The position numbers were made by a program, and so were the translations under genes. The notes below the pieces were generated by a model. That model saw only the letters and a program-made list of their open reading frames with translations. It was not told the origin of the DNA and searched no databases. A DNA stretch of 64,000 nucleotides from Octopus sinensis. Taxonomy: Eukaryota. The stretch is from positions 12,896,001 through 12,960,000 of the forward strand of contig NC_043014.1 in NCBI RefSeq assembly GCF_006345805.1, in the 5' to 3' direction. Shown in pieces: positions 25,412 through 37,512 of this stretch; positions within the stretch are counted from its first letter, which is position 1; the number at the start of each line of letters is the position of its first letter.

Positions 25412-26217
25412 GGATCTTTTCCTTTTGAACGGCAGTTTTCAACACAATTTCTAGTTAACTAAACACTTTTAAACTTCGTATACTGGTAGAATGTGTTTAT
25501 AAAACATCATTTTTTCTTGGCTTTATTGAGAAAATTCTATGGTTTGTAAGATATTTCCACTTTAAAATCGAGCATTTCGGCAATTTTAACCAATCAAATA
25601 CGTTCATTTGGAGTGAAAACATACCGTACTGTATGAATATGTCCCTCGTTTAAGAAACAGATTGGGTTTATTTACATTTGCGAAGAAAAAAAGATACCCT
25701 TCCTCCACCCCTAACCCTAACCATAACTCTAAACCTAACCCTAAAATAGATTGAAATGCAATAGATCGATACTAGGGTTATAATAATGAGTGACATTTTC
25801 ATTTGACACCGCTAGAAAAAAATCCCATTTTCCGTAGCGGTGTCGTATGAAATTGTCACCCATAATTATAACCCTAGTATCGATCTATTGCATTTCAATC
25901 TATTTTAGGGTTAGGTTTAGGGGTGGGGGAAGGGTATCTTTTTTCATCGCAAATGTAAATAAACCCAATCTGTTTCTTAAATGAGGGGCATATTCATACA
26001 GCACGGTATGTTTTCACTCGAAATGGACGTATTTGATTGGTTAAAATTGCCGAAATGCTCGATTTTAAAGTGGAAATATGTTACAACATATAGAATTTTC
26101 TCAATAAAGCCAAGAAAAATGATGTTTTATAAACACATTCTACCAGTATACGAAGTTTAAAAGTGTTTAGTTAACTAGAAATTGTGTTGAAAACTGCCGT
26201 TCAAAAGGAAAAGATCC
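25412..26217. mobile_element. Foldback-type MITE, ~400-bp inverted arms, 8-bp TSD
   Basis: GGATCTTTTCCTTTTGAACGGCAG...CTGCCGTTCAAAAGGAAAAGATCC; TSD GACACTTG/AACACTTG; CCCTAA repeats within the arms. Confidence 0.9.
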
Positions 26218-26624
26218 AACACTTGCCCATGGTGTCTGTGTTTGTCCCACCAACATCGCTTGACAACCAATGGCGGTGTGTTTATGTCCCTGTAACTTAG
26301 CGGTTCGGCAAAAGATACCCATAGAATAAGTACTAGGCCTACAAAGAATAAGTCCTGGGGTCAATTTGCTCGACTAAAGGCACTGCTCCAGCATGGCCGC
26401 AGTCAAATGACTGAAACAACTAAAAGAGTAAAAGAGAATATTTGCTCAAACAGATGTAGTAGCCAAATCTCCCTCAAATTACATGCTACCTTCTTTAAAA
26501 AAAGCTACATTGAGTAATGTACACTATGGTTGAAACAAAAAAAGCAGGGCCATAGCTGGAATCCTTTATAAAGAAAGCATTATTAATTTACTCCAAGGCA
26601 GCAAGCAGGCAGAATTGTTAAAGA

Positions 26625-26858
26625 AGGCAGCGAGCTGGCAGAAACATTAGCACACTGGGCGAAATGCTTAGTGGTATTTCGTCTGCTGCTACATTCTGAG
26701 TTCAAATTCCGCCGAGGTTGACTTTGCCTTTCATCCTTTCGGGGTCGATAAATTAAGTACCAGTTATGCACTGAGGTCGATGTAATCGACTTAATCCGTT
26801 TGTCTGTCCTTGTTTGTCTCCTCTATGTTTAGCCCCTTGTGGGCAATAAAGAAATAAG
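26625..26858 (+). mobile_element. tRNA-derived SINE family B (~235 bp)
   Basis: GGCAGCGAGCTGGCAGAAAC...GAGTTCAAATTCC (B box)...GCAATAAAGAAATA. Copies at 7657-7780, 33291-33523, 33737-33966 and 44199-44395. Confidence 0.85.
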
Positions 26859-29264
26859 AATTGTTAAAACATCAACCAGAACAGATAGCAGTATTTCTTC
26901 CAATTCTTTATAATCAGAGTTCAAATTCCACCACAGTCAACTTTGCTTTGCGTCCCTCCAAGATCAATATAAATAAAGTACTGGGGTTAATAGTATTAAC
27001 TTAATCCCTTTGCTCCAAATTTCTGGCCATGTGCTTAATTTTTTTATTTATTATATATACCTAGAAGGGGGTAACCACAGCCAGACACACACTAGGTATT
27101 CCATTCATTTCCCAGCTCAAAGAGGCGAACCTCATTCTATGCTCGGGTCAAGGCATAGAACTGAACCCCCAATATCAGCAGTGGGGCCCGGCAGCAGCAT
27201 ATGCTGGTTTACCCCCATCGCATCATGCTGGTTCCGTACCCCTTTGAGCAACATCAAATTCACTCATCCGTCCACAAACGCTTTCCAAACTTTCCTATCA
27301 TTTATAAACTTTCTTCCCTGTGTTACTCCAACACCTCTAACCACCAAAGCTTTCCTCACTCCACCCATCCATTCACACAAACCGAGATCTACCTCTGGTT
27401 CTGCTGCCCACCACTTCTGCCTTCATCACCCTCCTTACCATCCACTTCTCATCTATCATCTCCATGTGGTCAGACCACCTCGACATTTGTCTATCCATTT
27501 TGGTTGTTAGTTTTTCTCTCATTCATCATCTTGTCCATCCATGTCATCAGAGTAGACCTCTCTCTCTCTCTCTCATACATACATACGTACATACAGACAT
27601 ATGTACATGTGCTCAAATCAATACATAAATACTGCACTGTTCGATAAGGGAGGGCTTGATTTTAAACAACGACTTTCTCATTTGCTTTACTACTGTTAAT
27701 TAGCAACAATTAATCAAACTGCTAATTAAGTATTTTACTGTCTCTGACTTATATGCCTTCATTTACTTTTCGTTCTGTTTGAACACAATTAGAAGTATAA
27801 ACATTCTGTGAGACACCCCACTCCCATCCCCGAAAGAAACATTGTATGTAGATAGGTATATGTATGTATATAATATACATACATCAGTAGTGAGAGAGAA
27901 AGAGAGACAGACAGACAGAGACAAAGAGATAGACAGACAGACATCAGACAGAGATTTAGAAGATGGTGTAGATGTGCTTGGAATACCTTCAGCGTACCTG
28001 AAGGTGAATGTAAATGGGGTGGTAAAATGGAGGCAACCTTTTGCTTTAACCCTTCCATTACCATATTTATTTTGAGATGCTGTGTTTCTTTCAATTAATT
28101 TTAAATATAACAAAGACATTTGTACTGCAGAGCCAGAACGGGTTTCAGCTGGGTTGGTATCGAAAGGGTTATATTAATCATTTGTTAACCCTTTTGTTAC
28201 CATATTTCTGTTGAGATGCTCTGTGTTTCTTTCAATTAATTTTAAATATAACAAAGAATTTAGTCAAATAACTTAGTAATTATTAAGCTAGTGTTAGGAA
28301 CATAAATTGTGTCTAAGGTTTTGGTGGAAGATTTTAATTCATAACTTATGAAAACAAGACATTTGTACTACAGAGCCAGAGCTGGTTTCAGCCAGGTTGG
28401 TAATGAAAGGGTTTAATATTCACCAAGTTAAAGTGAGATACATGTCCAGATCTTTGTAAATAGAGAAGAATCTTTGTATTTCCCTGAAAGTTAAATAATT
28501 TTGTTTTCATATTTTTATGTCAGAAATAAATCATTTAGACTTTACCAACATGATTCATAATCACTTTCATTATGTAATAAATCACTTGAACTTTACACAC
28601 ACACACACATTCATGGTAACTGCTCCATCTTCATACAGAATTTCTGTCACCTTGTTCTTCCTTATTGTCACTAACATTTCTGACTTTCCATCCATGGCCC
28701 CTCCAGTGACCGTTCAGTCCTGTTGCAGATCTGCATGGCTTCCAGCTGGTTAGGTCTGCACACATTGCCATTCTTCAATCACTGTAGCACTTTCTGTTGA
28801 TAGAGCAAGATGAATGAGGTCACTACTACAAAGAGACATCTGCATATCACTGGATTATAGTGATAGACGTTTGTGCAACACAAATACTAATCCCCAGTCT
28901 CTGTGATTAGTATCCAGTGAAAGTTCAAAGCAAGATGACCAGTGGTCATGTGAAACTGCAGGTCTCCTTCTCTTCATCATCATCATCATCATCATCATTG
29001 TTTAACGTCTGTTTTCCATGCTAGCATGGGTTGGATAGTTCGACCGGGGTCTGGGAAGCCAGGAGGCTGCACCAGGCACCACTCTGATCTGGCAGAGTTT
29101 CTACAGCTGGATGCCCTTCCTAATTCCAACCACTCCATGAGTGTAGTGGGTGCTTTTTATGTGCCACCGACACAGGGGCCAGAGGAGGCTGGCAAACGGC
29201 CACAATCGGTTGGTGCTTTTTACGTGTCCCTGGCATGGGTATCACAACTACAATTTCCATTGAT

Positions 29265-29785
29265 TTATATGGAATACATTCATAAACACCAACTCAAAGA
29301 ATACTGGTGGAATATTCCCTTTAAAAATTCTGTCAAATGTAAGCAAAACAGGCCAGATATTGTTGTTTGGGACAGAGGGGCAAAGGTATGTACCTTCATA
29401 GAGGTCAGCTGTCCTGCAGATATAAATATCTCTTTGATAATCAAAGAAAAAGAGGACATCAATAGACAACTGCTTTGAAACCTCCAGCTTCTATGTCCAG
29501 ACTATGTATTCATATTCATACCGATAATAATTGGAGCACTAGGTCTTGTTAGTAAATGCTTAAAGGAGAATCTGGATAAACTGGGATTTTCAGAAAGAGA
29601 AATCAACTGGCAGATTTGTACATTAAAAAGTGCAATCTGTGAGTGGAACAGTAAAAACATGCAAGACTATTCTCAAGTTCCAAATGTGGATTTGTCTGTT
29701 TTAACTACATTCCAAAGATGGAGCCTTGAATCTTTGTTGGAAACTGGCTTCCTCCTCAGAGGAAGATTTATAATAATTAAAAAAC
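29265..29785 (+). mobile_element. 3' end of a restriction-like-endonuclease non-LTR retrotransposon (R4/Dong-like)
   Basis: WWNIP...NRPDIVVWDR...FIEVSCP...KEKED and, after a stop, PIIIGALG. Confidence 0.8.
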
Positions 29786-32700
29786 AGAAGAGACATACCT
29801 CCTCCTCCTCATCGTCATCATTGTTTAACATCTGTTTTCCATGCTGGCATGGGTTGAGGTCTGGAGAGCCAGTGGCTGCACAAGGCTCCAATCTGATCAG
29901 GTAATGTTTCTACAGCTGGATGCCCTTCCTAACATCAACCATTCCAAAAGTGTAGTGGGCACATTTTACATGCCATCAGCACAAGAGCTAGTCAGGTGGG
30001 CCTGGCATCGATCATGTTCAGATAGTTCTTTTTACGTGCCACCAGCACAGGGGCCACTCAGGCAGTCCTAGCATCAATCGCATTCGGATAGTGCTTTTTG
30101 TGTACCACCAGCACAGGGGCCAGTCAGGTGGTCCTGGCATCGATCATGTTCAGATAGTACTTTCTACGTGCCACCGGCAAAGGAGCCAGTCAGGGGGTAC
30201 TGGCATCGGCCACATTCAGATAATGCTTTTTATGTGCCACCGGCACAAGAGCTAGTCAAATGGATCTGGCATCGACCACATATTCTGTTAGGAACGTAGC
30301 AGAGTACAAAATAGAACTCGTTCACCCTTAGAATTACCAAACAGCCAGTAGTATTACGATATACTTCCAAGTCTAGGTTTGGGCATTCATCATGTGTGAA
30401 AATAAAATTGAATAAGATAAGGAGTATGGTTGGACAGTTATTTTTTAATCACTATACATGTTTCCATTGGCATGCATTCCAGGTATGCAAGCATGCACTA
30501 CATGCCCTCAAGAATGTAGTTTATTCCTAGATACATTGAGAAGATGTTAAAAATCATTGACAATAGAATTTATTTTAGACAAAACAAAGAAAGCAACCTT
30601 TCCTATGTTTATAAAGCATGACACGCTTTCATTTCAGATGCATTAGGCGCAGGAGTGGTGAGTAGCTTGCTTACCAACCACATGGTTCTGGGTTCAGTCC
30701 CACTGTGTGGCACCTTGGGCAAGTGTCTTCTGCTATAGCTTCGGGCTGATCAAAGCCTTGTGAATGGATTTGGTAGATGGAAACTGAAAGAAGCCCGTCG
30801 TATATATGTATGTATATATGTATGTGTGTGTGTGTGTGTGTGTGTGCGTGTGTGTGTGTGTGTGTGTGAGTATATGTTTGTGTGTTTGTCCTCCAGCATC
30901 GCTTGACAACCGATGCTGTTGTGTTTATGTCCCTGTCACTTAGCGGTTGGGCAAAAGATTCCGATAGAATAAGTACTAGGCTTACAAAGAATAAGTCCTG
31001 GGGGCGATTTCTTTGACTAAAGGTAGTGCTCCAGCATGGCTGCAGCCAAATGACTGAGACAAGTAAAAGAGTATGACTATAGAAAAAAAATTATGCAAAC
31101 ATAATTTCCATTCCCATTATTTACTGTCAGATGGCTTGCAATTTGTGAAAAGGTGTAGCTTCTTCACTCTGCTCTGATGCAATCCTATGGTCATTCAACA
31201 CAACACAACAATTAGATAAAGTCCATTAAATATGCCTGCAAATATGTTTATAAAAGATCTGATGCTGCAGTGTTTAATCCGTTGAAACAAAACATCCATG
31301 ATAAGTTATCCGATTCCAAATTTGTGAAAAAGTCACAGAAAAACAGGGTCACAGCTACAAGAATGCCTCCTTAACTTGTGTATTGTTCAATGGGAGACCC
31401 ACAAGACTGTGGCTGAATTTCTTTGTGGCATTGGCTGGCATATTCGTCTTAGTCATCAACATTAAAAATACTGAATATACACGTAATACCATTATATTAT
31501 GTCAAGGTGTCCAATAAACCTGTACACGTTATGTATTGTCAATAAATGACTGACTTAAACTTTTAGTTTCCATTGTGTTACTTTGCTTAAGAAACTGAAT
31601 AAATTTTATTTTTCACATATGTGCGATGCCATCATACATAAATTTTTTACAAGCTATGTACTGTCAGTTAACAACTGATTTGAACTACTTTGTTTGTTTA
31701 TAGTATTTAAATAAAACAACTTTTTTCCAGTGACTATTTTTTTCTTTCCAGCTTCAAAGCATAGCACCTTGGACAGGTGTCTTCTACTATAGCTTTGGGC
31801 TGACTAAAGCCTTGTGAATGGATTATGGTTGAATGAAATTTAATGAAACCTGTTGTATATATATGTAGACATATGTAGTGGATCTTGCAGGCATGGCATG
31901 GGTTCAATCCTAGATTAGCCAAATTTAAATTAACAGTTCAACAGCACTTTTCTCACGGTAAAACAATAGTTTTTCTATGACAGTAATTACATTTGCCAGA
32001 TGCCTTAGCTAAGCAAGATAATGTCTTCACCACTTGACCCTTCTAACCTTTTCTATTTCACCAATAGCTAGACTAGAGATATCACAGACCTCCAACGAAA
32101 TCTATTGTTCTCAATGATATTTCTATCCTTCTGGATAGTTATAAAAACAAGAACCCCCAAGCAAAAGCAGTTAGTGAGAGCAACCATCAGTTAGTGAATG
32201 GACAACTAGAATCATGGTTGCACATAGGCAGTTACGAAAGACAAATGGTCAGAGGGAGAAAGAAAATTATAATCAGCCATCAATGGGACACAACTTCTCT
32301 CGATTCTATAACTTTCACTAGCTCAATTCATTTTCTCTTACAACATCATTCTATCTCTATCTGTGGATTACTACTATGAGAATGTGTACACACATACTGG
32401 CCAAAATTAACTTTTTTACCTTGCATGCTTTTCCATTTTCTAATTAGATATACCAACCTGTCGTGGTTTCCACTACACATATATAAATATGTGCACGTGT
32501 AGCTCTTTGTGTCTGTATTTGTCCCCCTACTACCATTTGACAACTGGCACCAATGTATTTATGCCCCTGTAACTTAGTAGTTTGGCAAGAAAGGCTGATA
32601 TAATAGTAAAAAAAAAGACGTCACCCTTTTCAAGCCTAGCTAGGCTCATGGGCCCGGTTTCCTGGTTTCTGTGGCATATGTCTTCCCCCCAGCTGGACGG

Positions 32701-34435
32701 GACGCCAGACCTTCACAGGATATAATAAGTACCAGGCTTTAAAAAAATATAAGTATGGAGGAGGTGGGGGTCGATTCATCTGACCAAAATTCGTCAGGGC
32801 ATTGCCCCAGCATGGCTGTAGTCTAATGGCTGAAACAAGTTAATGATAAAAGATGAAAGACACTTCGATTCCAGTGGGGGTCAGCACACCCACAGCAATG
32901 AGGTTTCTGACACTTTTTTTATTTTACCTTTTTCCTTCATAAAATACACCCCAGCATTCAACATTTTGCTGTCCTTTTGGAAAATCATTCAAGCAACAGC
33001 TGTGCAACGAGAATGAAGTCCAAAAGATTCATTTTCTCTTACAACTTGCAACATTTTTTTTCAAGCTGTGCCAGTATGATATCTTTGCAGAAACCTTGCT
33101 GTACTATCAGGTCCTGTCTTACTGTACATGAAACAATATGATATGGAGATAAAGAAAGGAAGATACTCTGGCAGAAGATCAGCCTGACATACATTCTGAC
33201 AGTGCCATTGAAAGAATGTATACGGTATACCTCAGACAAAATGGATACTTCTACCCTCCAACAGGCATTTGCCATATTCTGAACGCCCTACAAGGCGGCG
33301 AACTGGCAGAAATGTTAGCACGCCGGGCGAAATGAGTAGCCGTATTTCGTCTGCCGTTATGTTCTGAGTTCAAATTCCGCTGAGGTTGACTTTGCCTTTC
33401 ATCCTTTCGGAGTCGAAGAATTAAGGACCAGTTTCGCACTGGGGTCGATGTAATTGACTTAATCACTTTGTCTGTCCTTGTTTGTCCCCTCTATGTTTAG
33501 CCCCTTGTGGGTAGTAAAGAAATATTCTGAACGCCTTACTTCCCTGGGCATGGATACATTGAAACTCTGATGTTTGGCAGCTGACTTGGCAGACACCCAT
33601 AAAATTATTAACCATCTAACTAACAATGATTCTGAGCACCTTTTCAAACTCCACCTGTCTAGCACCTGTGGACATGTTTACAAAGTCAGAAAACAGCACA
33701 GCTCCCATGGCTGTGTAGTAAGAAGCTTGCTTCAAAAGGCAGCAAGCTGGCAGAAACATTAGCACGCCGGGCAAAACGTGTAGCTGTATTTCGTCTGCCG
33801 TTACGTTCTGAGTTCAAATTTCGCTGAGGTTGACTTTGTCTTTCATTCTTTCAGGGTTGATAAATTAAGTACCAGTTATGCACTGGGGTCGATGTAATTG
33901 ACTTAATACCTTTGTCTGTCCTTGTTTGTCTCCTCTACATTTAGCCTCTTGTGGGCAATAAAGTAATATGAAGCTTGCTTCCCAACCATGTGATTCCGGG
34001 CTCAGTCCCACTGCATGGCACCTTGGGCAAGTGTCTTCTACTATAGCCTTGGGCTGACCAAAGCCTTGTGAGTGGATTCGGTAGATGGAAACTGAAAGAA
34101 GTCCATCATATATATGTGTACATATATATCTATGTGTGTGTATCTGTGTCTAGGCTTCTCCTCCATGTGTTGGTGTGTTCATGTTCCTGTAACTTAGCAG
34201 GTCAGCAAAAGAGATTGACAGTATAAGTACCAGGCTTATAAAAAATATGTACTGGCGTCGATACATTCAACTACAGATTCTTTAAGGCAGTGCTCCAGCA
34301 TGGCTGCAGTCTATTGACTGAGACAAACGATAAAAGATATGCATTTACATACACATATACAAAAATGTATGTGTGTGTATTGTTTACGACCATATCACTT
34401 TAGAAACATTGCTTCTTGTCCAATCTTGGAAGTTA

Positions 34436-34640
34436 CCGTCAATCCTCGAGTATAATCCGCATTTTTTCCCCAAAATTTAAAGGTCAAAATCCCTAGTGCG
34501 TACTATATACGAGGTTAAAAATGAAAAATATTTTCTAAGCAATGTCTGAGTCTATTTGCTGTCTGCCTATGTTTATTCAGACGCATTTTGTGATGTCGGA
34601 CACGAAAATACCTTAAGCTAAGCCTGAAAGCAATGAAGTC
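34436..34640 (+). mobile_element. pogo/Tigger-like terminal fragment
   Basis: TACCGTCAATCCTCGAGTATAATCCGC...GTGCGTACTATATACGAGG terminal structure. Confidence 0.4.
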
Positions 34641-35239
34641 ATAAAAGAATCATCCATAACTTGCAGTATGTACCTTTAGAGCATTGGACCTTATGGAGGC
34701 TGGGTGGCACATGAAAAGCACCTTTTGAGTGTTGGGCCCCATGGAAGTAATGACGAATGACTGAGAAGAAAGATCCATCAAGCCAAGTAAAATCACAGTT
34801 ATGGTAGATACTGGTGTCACGCAAATGAGACCTGTGGTGGTGGCATACAAAAGCACCCATTACACTCTCGGAGTGGTTGGCATTAAGAAGGGCATCCGGC
34901 TATAGAAACTATGCCAAATCAGACTGGAGTCTGGTGCAGCCTTCCTGTTTGCCAGCCCTGGTCAAACTGTCCACCCATGCCAGCATGGACAATGGTCGTC
35001 AAATGTTGATGATGATGATATATATATATATATATATATATATCATCATCATCATCGTTTAACGTCCGTTTTCCGCGCTAGCACGGGTTGGACGGTTTGA
35101 CCGGGGTCTGGGAAGCCAGGGGCTGCACCAGGCTCCAGTCTGATCTGGCAGAGTTTCTACAGCTGGATGCCCTTCCTAATGTCAACCACTCCGCGAGTGT
35201 AGTGGGTGCTTTTTACGTGCCATATATATATATATATAT

Positions 35240-35450
35240 ATAGTTAATCCAAACAAGAAAGCACAAAAAAAACACAACAATGCGAGGATGTGGAACAAAT
35301 ATAGTATTATTGGACGCTCAGGAAAGGAGGAAAGAAGGAGGGTATCACGTTTCGAGCGGAGCTCTTCGTCGGAAACATAGGAGAAGGAAAGATCCAGAGA
35401 AGGGAAGACGGAGGAAAAAAAAGTTGACAACAGTACACACGAGGTCACAA
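35240..35450 (-). mobile_element. Penelope-like terminal fragment with a degenerate hammerhead
   Basis: On -: GTTT-CCGACGA-a-GAGC(tcc)GCTC-GAAA-CGTG-ATAC, embedded in (TA)n. Confidence 0.6.
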
Positions 35451-35911
35451 TATATATATAATTGAAATTTTATTTATTTATTTATCATCATATGGTCTCT
35501 TCATAATACTGAGACAGAGAGAGAGAAACAGAGATTGCAAATTTTCAATTTGTCAACTCCTTTGATCTCAGCTCAAATGCTGAAAAGTGACCTTTTTTGG
35601 TAAGAAACATGAGTAATTTTTAAATCCTTAAAATCTGAGTGTCCATGGGGGTGAAATCACAGATTACATCCTCTAATTAGTGGTCATACTTAACAATGTC
35701 TGCAAAGATAAAATTCTGAACCTAAGGTAGCCATAATATGGGGTTATGCCTCTATGTTGATGCTAACATTAAAAAAATTATGTCTATAAAAGTTAGGCCT
35801 AGTTTTCTTGTGAAGAAAAAGAACCTATTTAGTCAGGACTAAAATAATTTTTAAAATTGTTTGGAAGCAATGTCTTTTAATGTGTATTTTAACATCTAAT
35901 GAACATTACTT

Positions 35912-36059
35912 GTTACATCATCTCTCCTTTATTTATGATACAAGTATTGATTCAACGCCATAGATGCTAAGGGAACGGGTACGGTTACATCATCTCTCCT
36001 TTATTTATGATACAAGTATTGATTCAACGCCATAGATGCTAAGGGAACGGGTACGGTTA
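35912..36059. repeat. Perfect 72-bp tandem duplication upstream of RNMT
   Basis: GTTACATCATCTCTCC...GGGAACGGGTACG occurs twice, followed by GTTA. Confidence 0.95.
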
Positions 36060-36800
36060 ACTAAATTAGCTGCAGTACATGTTCAGAGCAGTCAACAACC
36101 CGTGTCAATCAGGGCACATCTTCAACGACACGCTTGGCTGCTCTAGGATTTCAACGTCGAAAGCTATGAATGAAAATGCGCATTAATCCAACTATTTTAA
36201 AGCAAGACGTTAAATTTTGTTTTACTATTTCCAACGAAATGTCAAGAGAAATAAATTTTATATGTAAAAAAAAAAAGATTTACTAAAATAAATTTTAAAA
36301 CGTAAAACCCCAAAATTATATATTTTTTATTCATATATATATATATATATTATATATATATATATAAAATAAAAGAAATTCCAACGTCTGATTAAGATAA
36401 ATATTCATTGTAATAAGTATGTCTTTTGTAGCATTGAATGATCATAGAAGAGGTTGCTTCTGAGAAAAAGACAAAAGGCCAGAAAGATTGCCTTTAATAG
36501 GAACGACATGTGAATGTTTACGGTAGCGTTTGGTAAGTTAAGGATTACAACCGGTAGCGCGGGGCTATTACGACAGTTTGGAACCCATTTACGGCTCATT
36601 ATCCTAGCGCTCAATACAAAGCATGGAGTCAGGTAAGTTTTAACTTTGGCGACAAACTTATTTAATTATTTCCTTATTTTCAGGTGGTAACCACAGCGAT
36701 TTTCCTTCGCATGTATTCTAAACTTATTCAGTTCATTCACAGGATATCTGAAATTGCGCTAATTCGCTTAATGTAGTTGTGGCGGTTAAATAGTTTAATA
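36060..36800 (+). promoter_or_regulatory. Probable RNMT promoter / 5' UTR region
   Basis: Mostly unique, CpG-enriched sequence around the first coding exon, with an extra GTAAGT donor at ~36532 and an acceptor-like ttattttcAG at ~36683. Confidence 0.45.
36623..36632 (+). CDS. RNMT: RNMT first coding exon segment (ATG GAG TCA G)
   Basis: acaaagcATGGAGTCAG|GTAAGT: good Kozak context and a consensus donor. Phase 1 matches the next exon (G+AA=Glu). Lies in a CpG-rich unique region. Confidence 0.7.
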
Positions 36801-37480
36801 CTACGAGTTATTATTTCGAGCTAATCACATTTCTTTTTCTTGGAAATGAAATATTTTTCAGACGTTGAATGTTTGAAAATCTTTTATATTCCATACCGAT
36901 GATGATATCACTAACAATAATTAACAGTTTAAAGATCAATATCTTATTTCTTCATCATGAAAATTTCATGTTTAGGATATTCGGCTTTCAAATTATTACT
37001 TTCCGTTTCCCCAACAGCCATCTTAAAGATGCTAAAAAATTAAACTTATTTTTATTTTCTCTCAGATTATAATTTGAATATGAGCTTAATGAACTGTTTT
37101 TTATTTAATTAATTTAAATCGATAACACCACCAGTCGTCCTACTTTCAAACCAGCCACACGTTTTCTCTCTGGAAACTAATAAAGTAGTCACTTAAGATG
37201 CTGGTATACTTGCGTACACATGTACATACACACACACATGAATATAGCTAGTTTTTTTTTTAAAAACCGGTTTCTTTTTTTGTGTGTCATGACACCGTTT
37301 CTTTATCTTTAACCAGTAGAAGTGCAAATTATTAGAAAAAACAAAAAGAACTATCACATACACATACATTTTAAGATCGATAAAAAAAATTACATCTTGA
37401 CGGGAACAGGCTGCCGTTGGTTCTGACCGTTGTGTAAATATACATGCTATGTTACTCTGACAACTGTTATACAATGTCAG

Positions 37481-37512
<32 letters not shown>

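Noticed and set aside
25708-25745. Interstitial telomere / chromosome fusion scar
   Set aside because: The hexamers are few, degenerate and mirrored inside the arms of a TSD-flanked transposon.
27010-27647. Overlapping 166-aa and 148-aa ORFs
   Set aside because: No recognisable domain, low-complexity composition, and flanked by repeats; probably a retroelement-derived fragment.
29955-30280. CRISPR-like repeat/spacer appearance
   Set aside because: Eukaryotic context, the 'spacers' are homologous to one another, there are no cas genes, and it is part of a dispersed retro-repeat.
30290-30480. Possible further hammerhead on the minus strand (CATGATGAATGCCC...GGAA)
   Set aside because: Stems and core are too degenerate to support a call.
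36405-36614. 69-aa minus-strand ORF at the RNMT promoter as a FAM210A first exon
   Set aside because: Non-ATG start, no convincing minus-strand donor and no homology.
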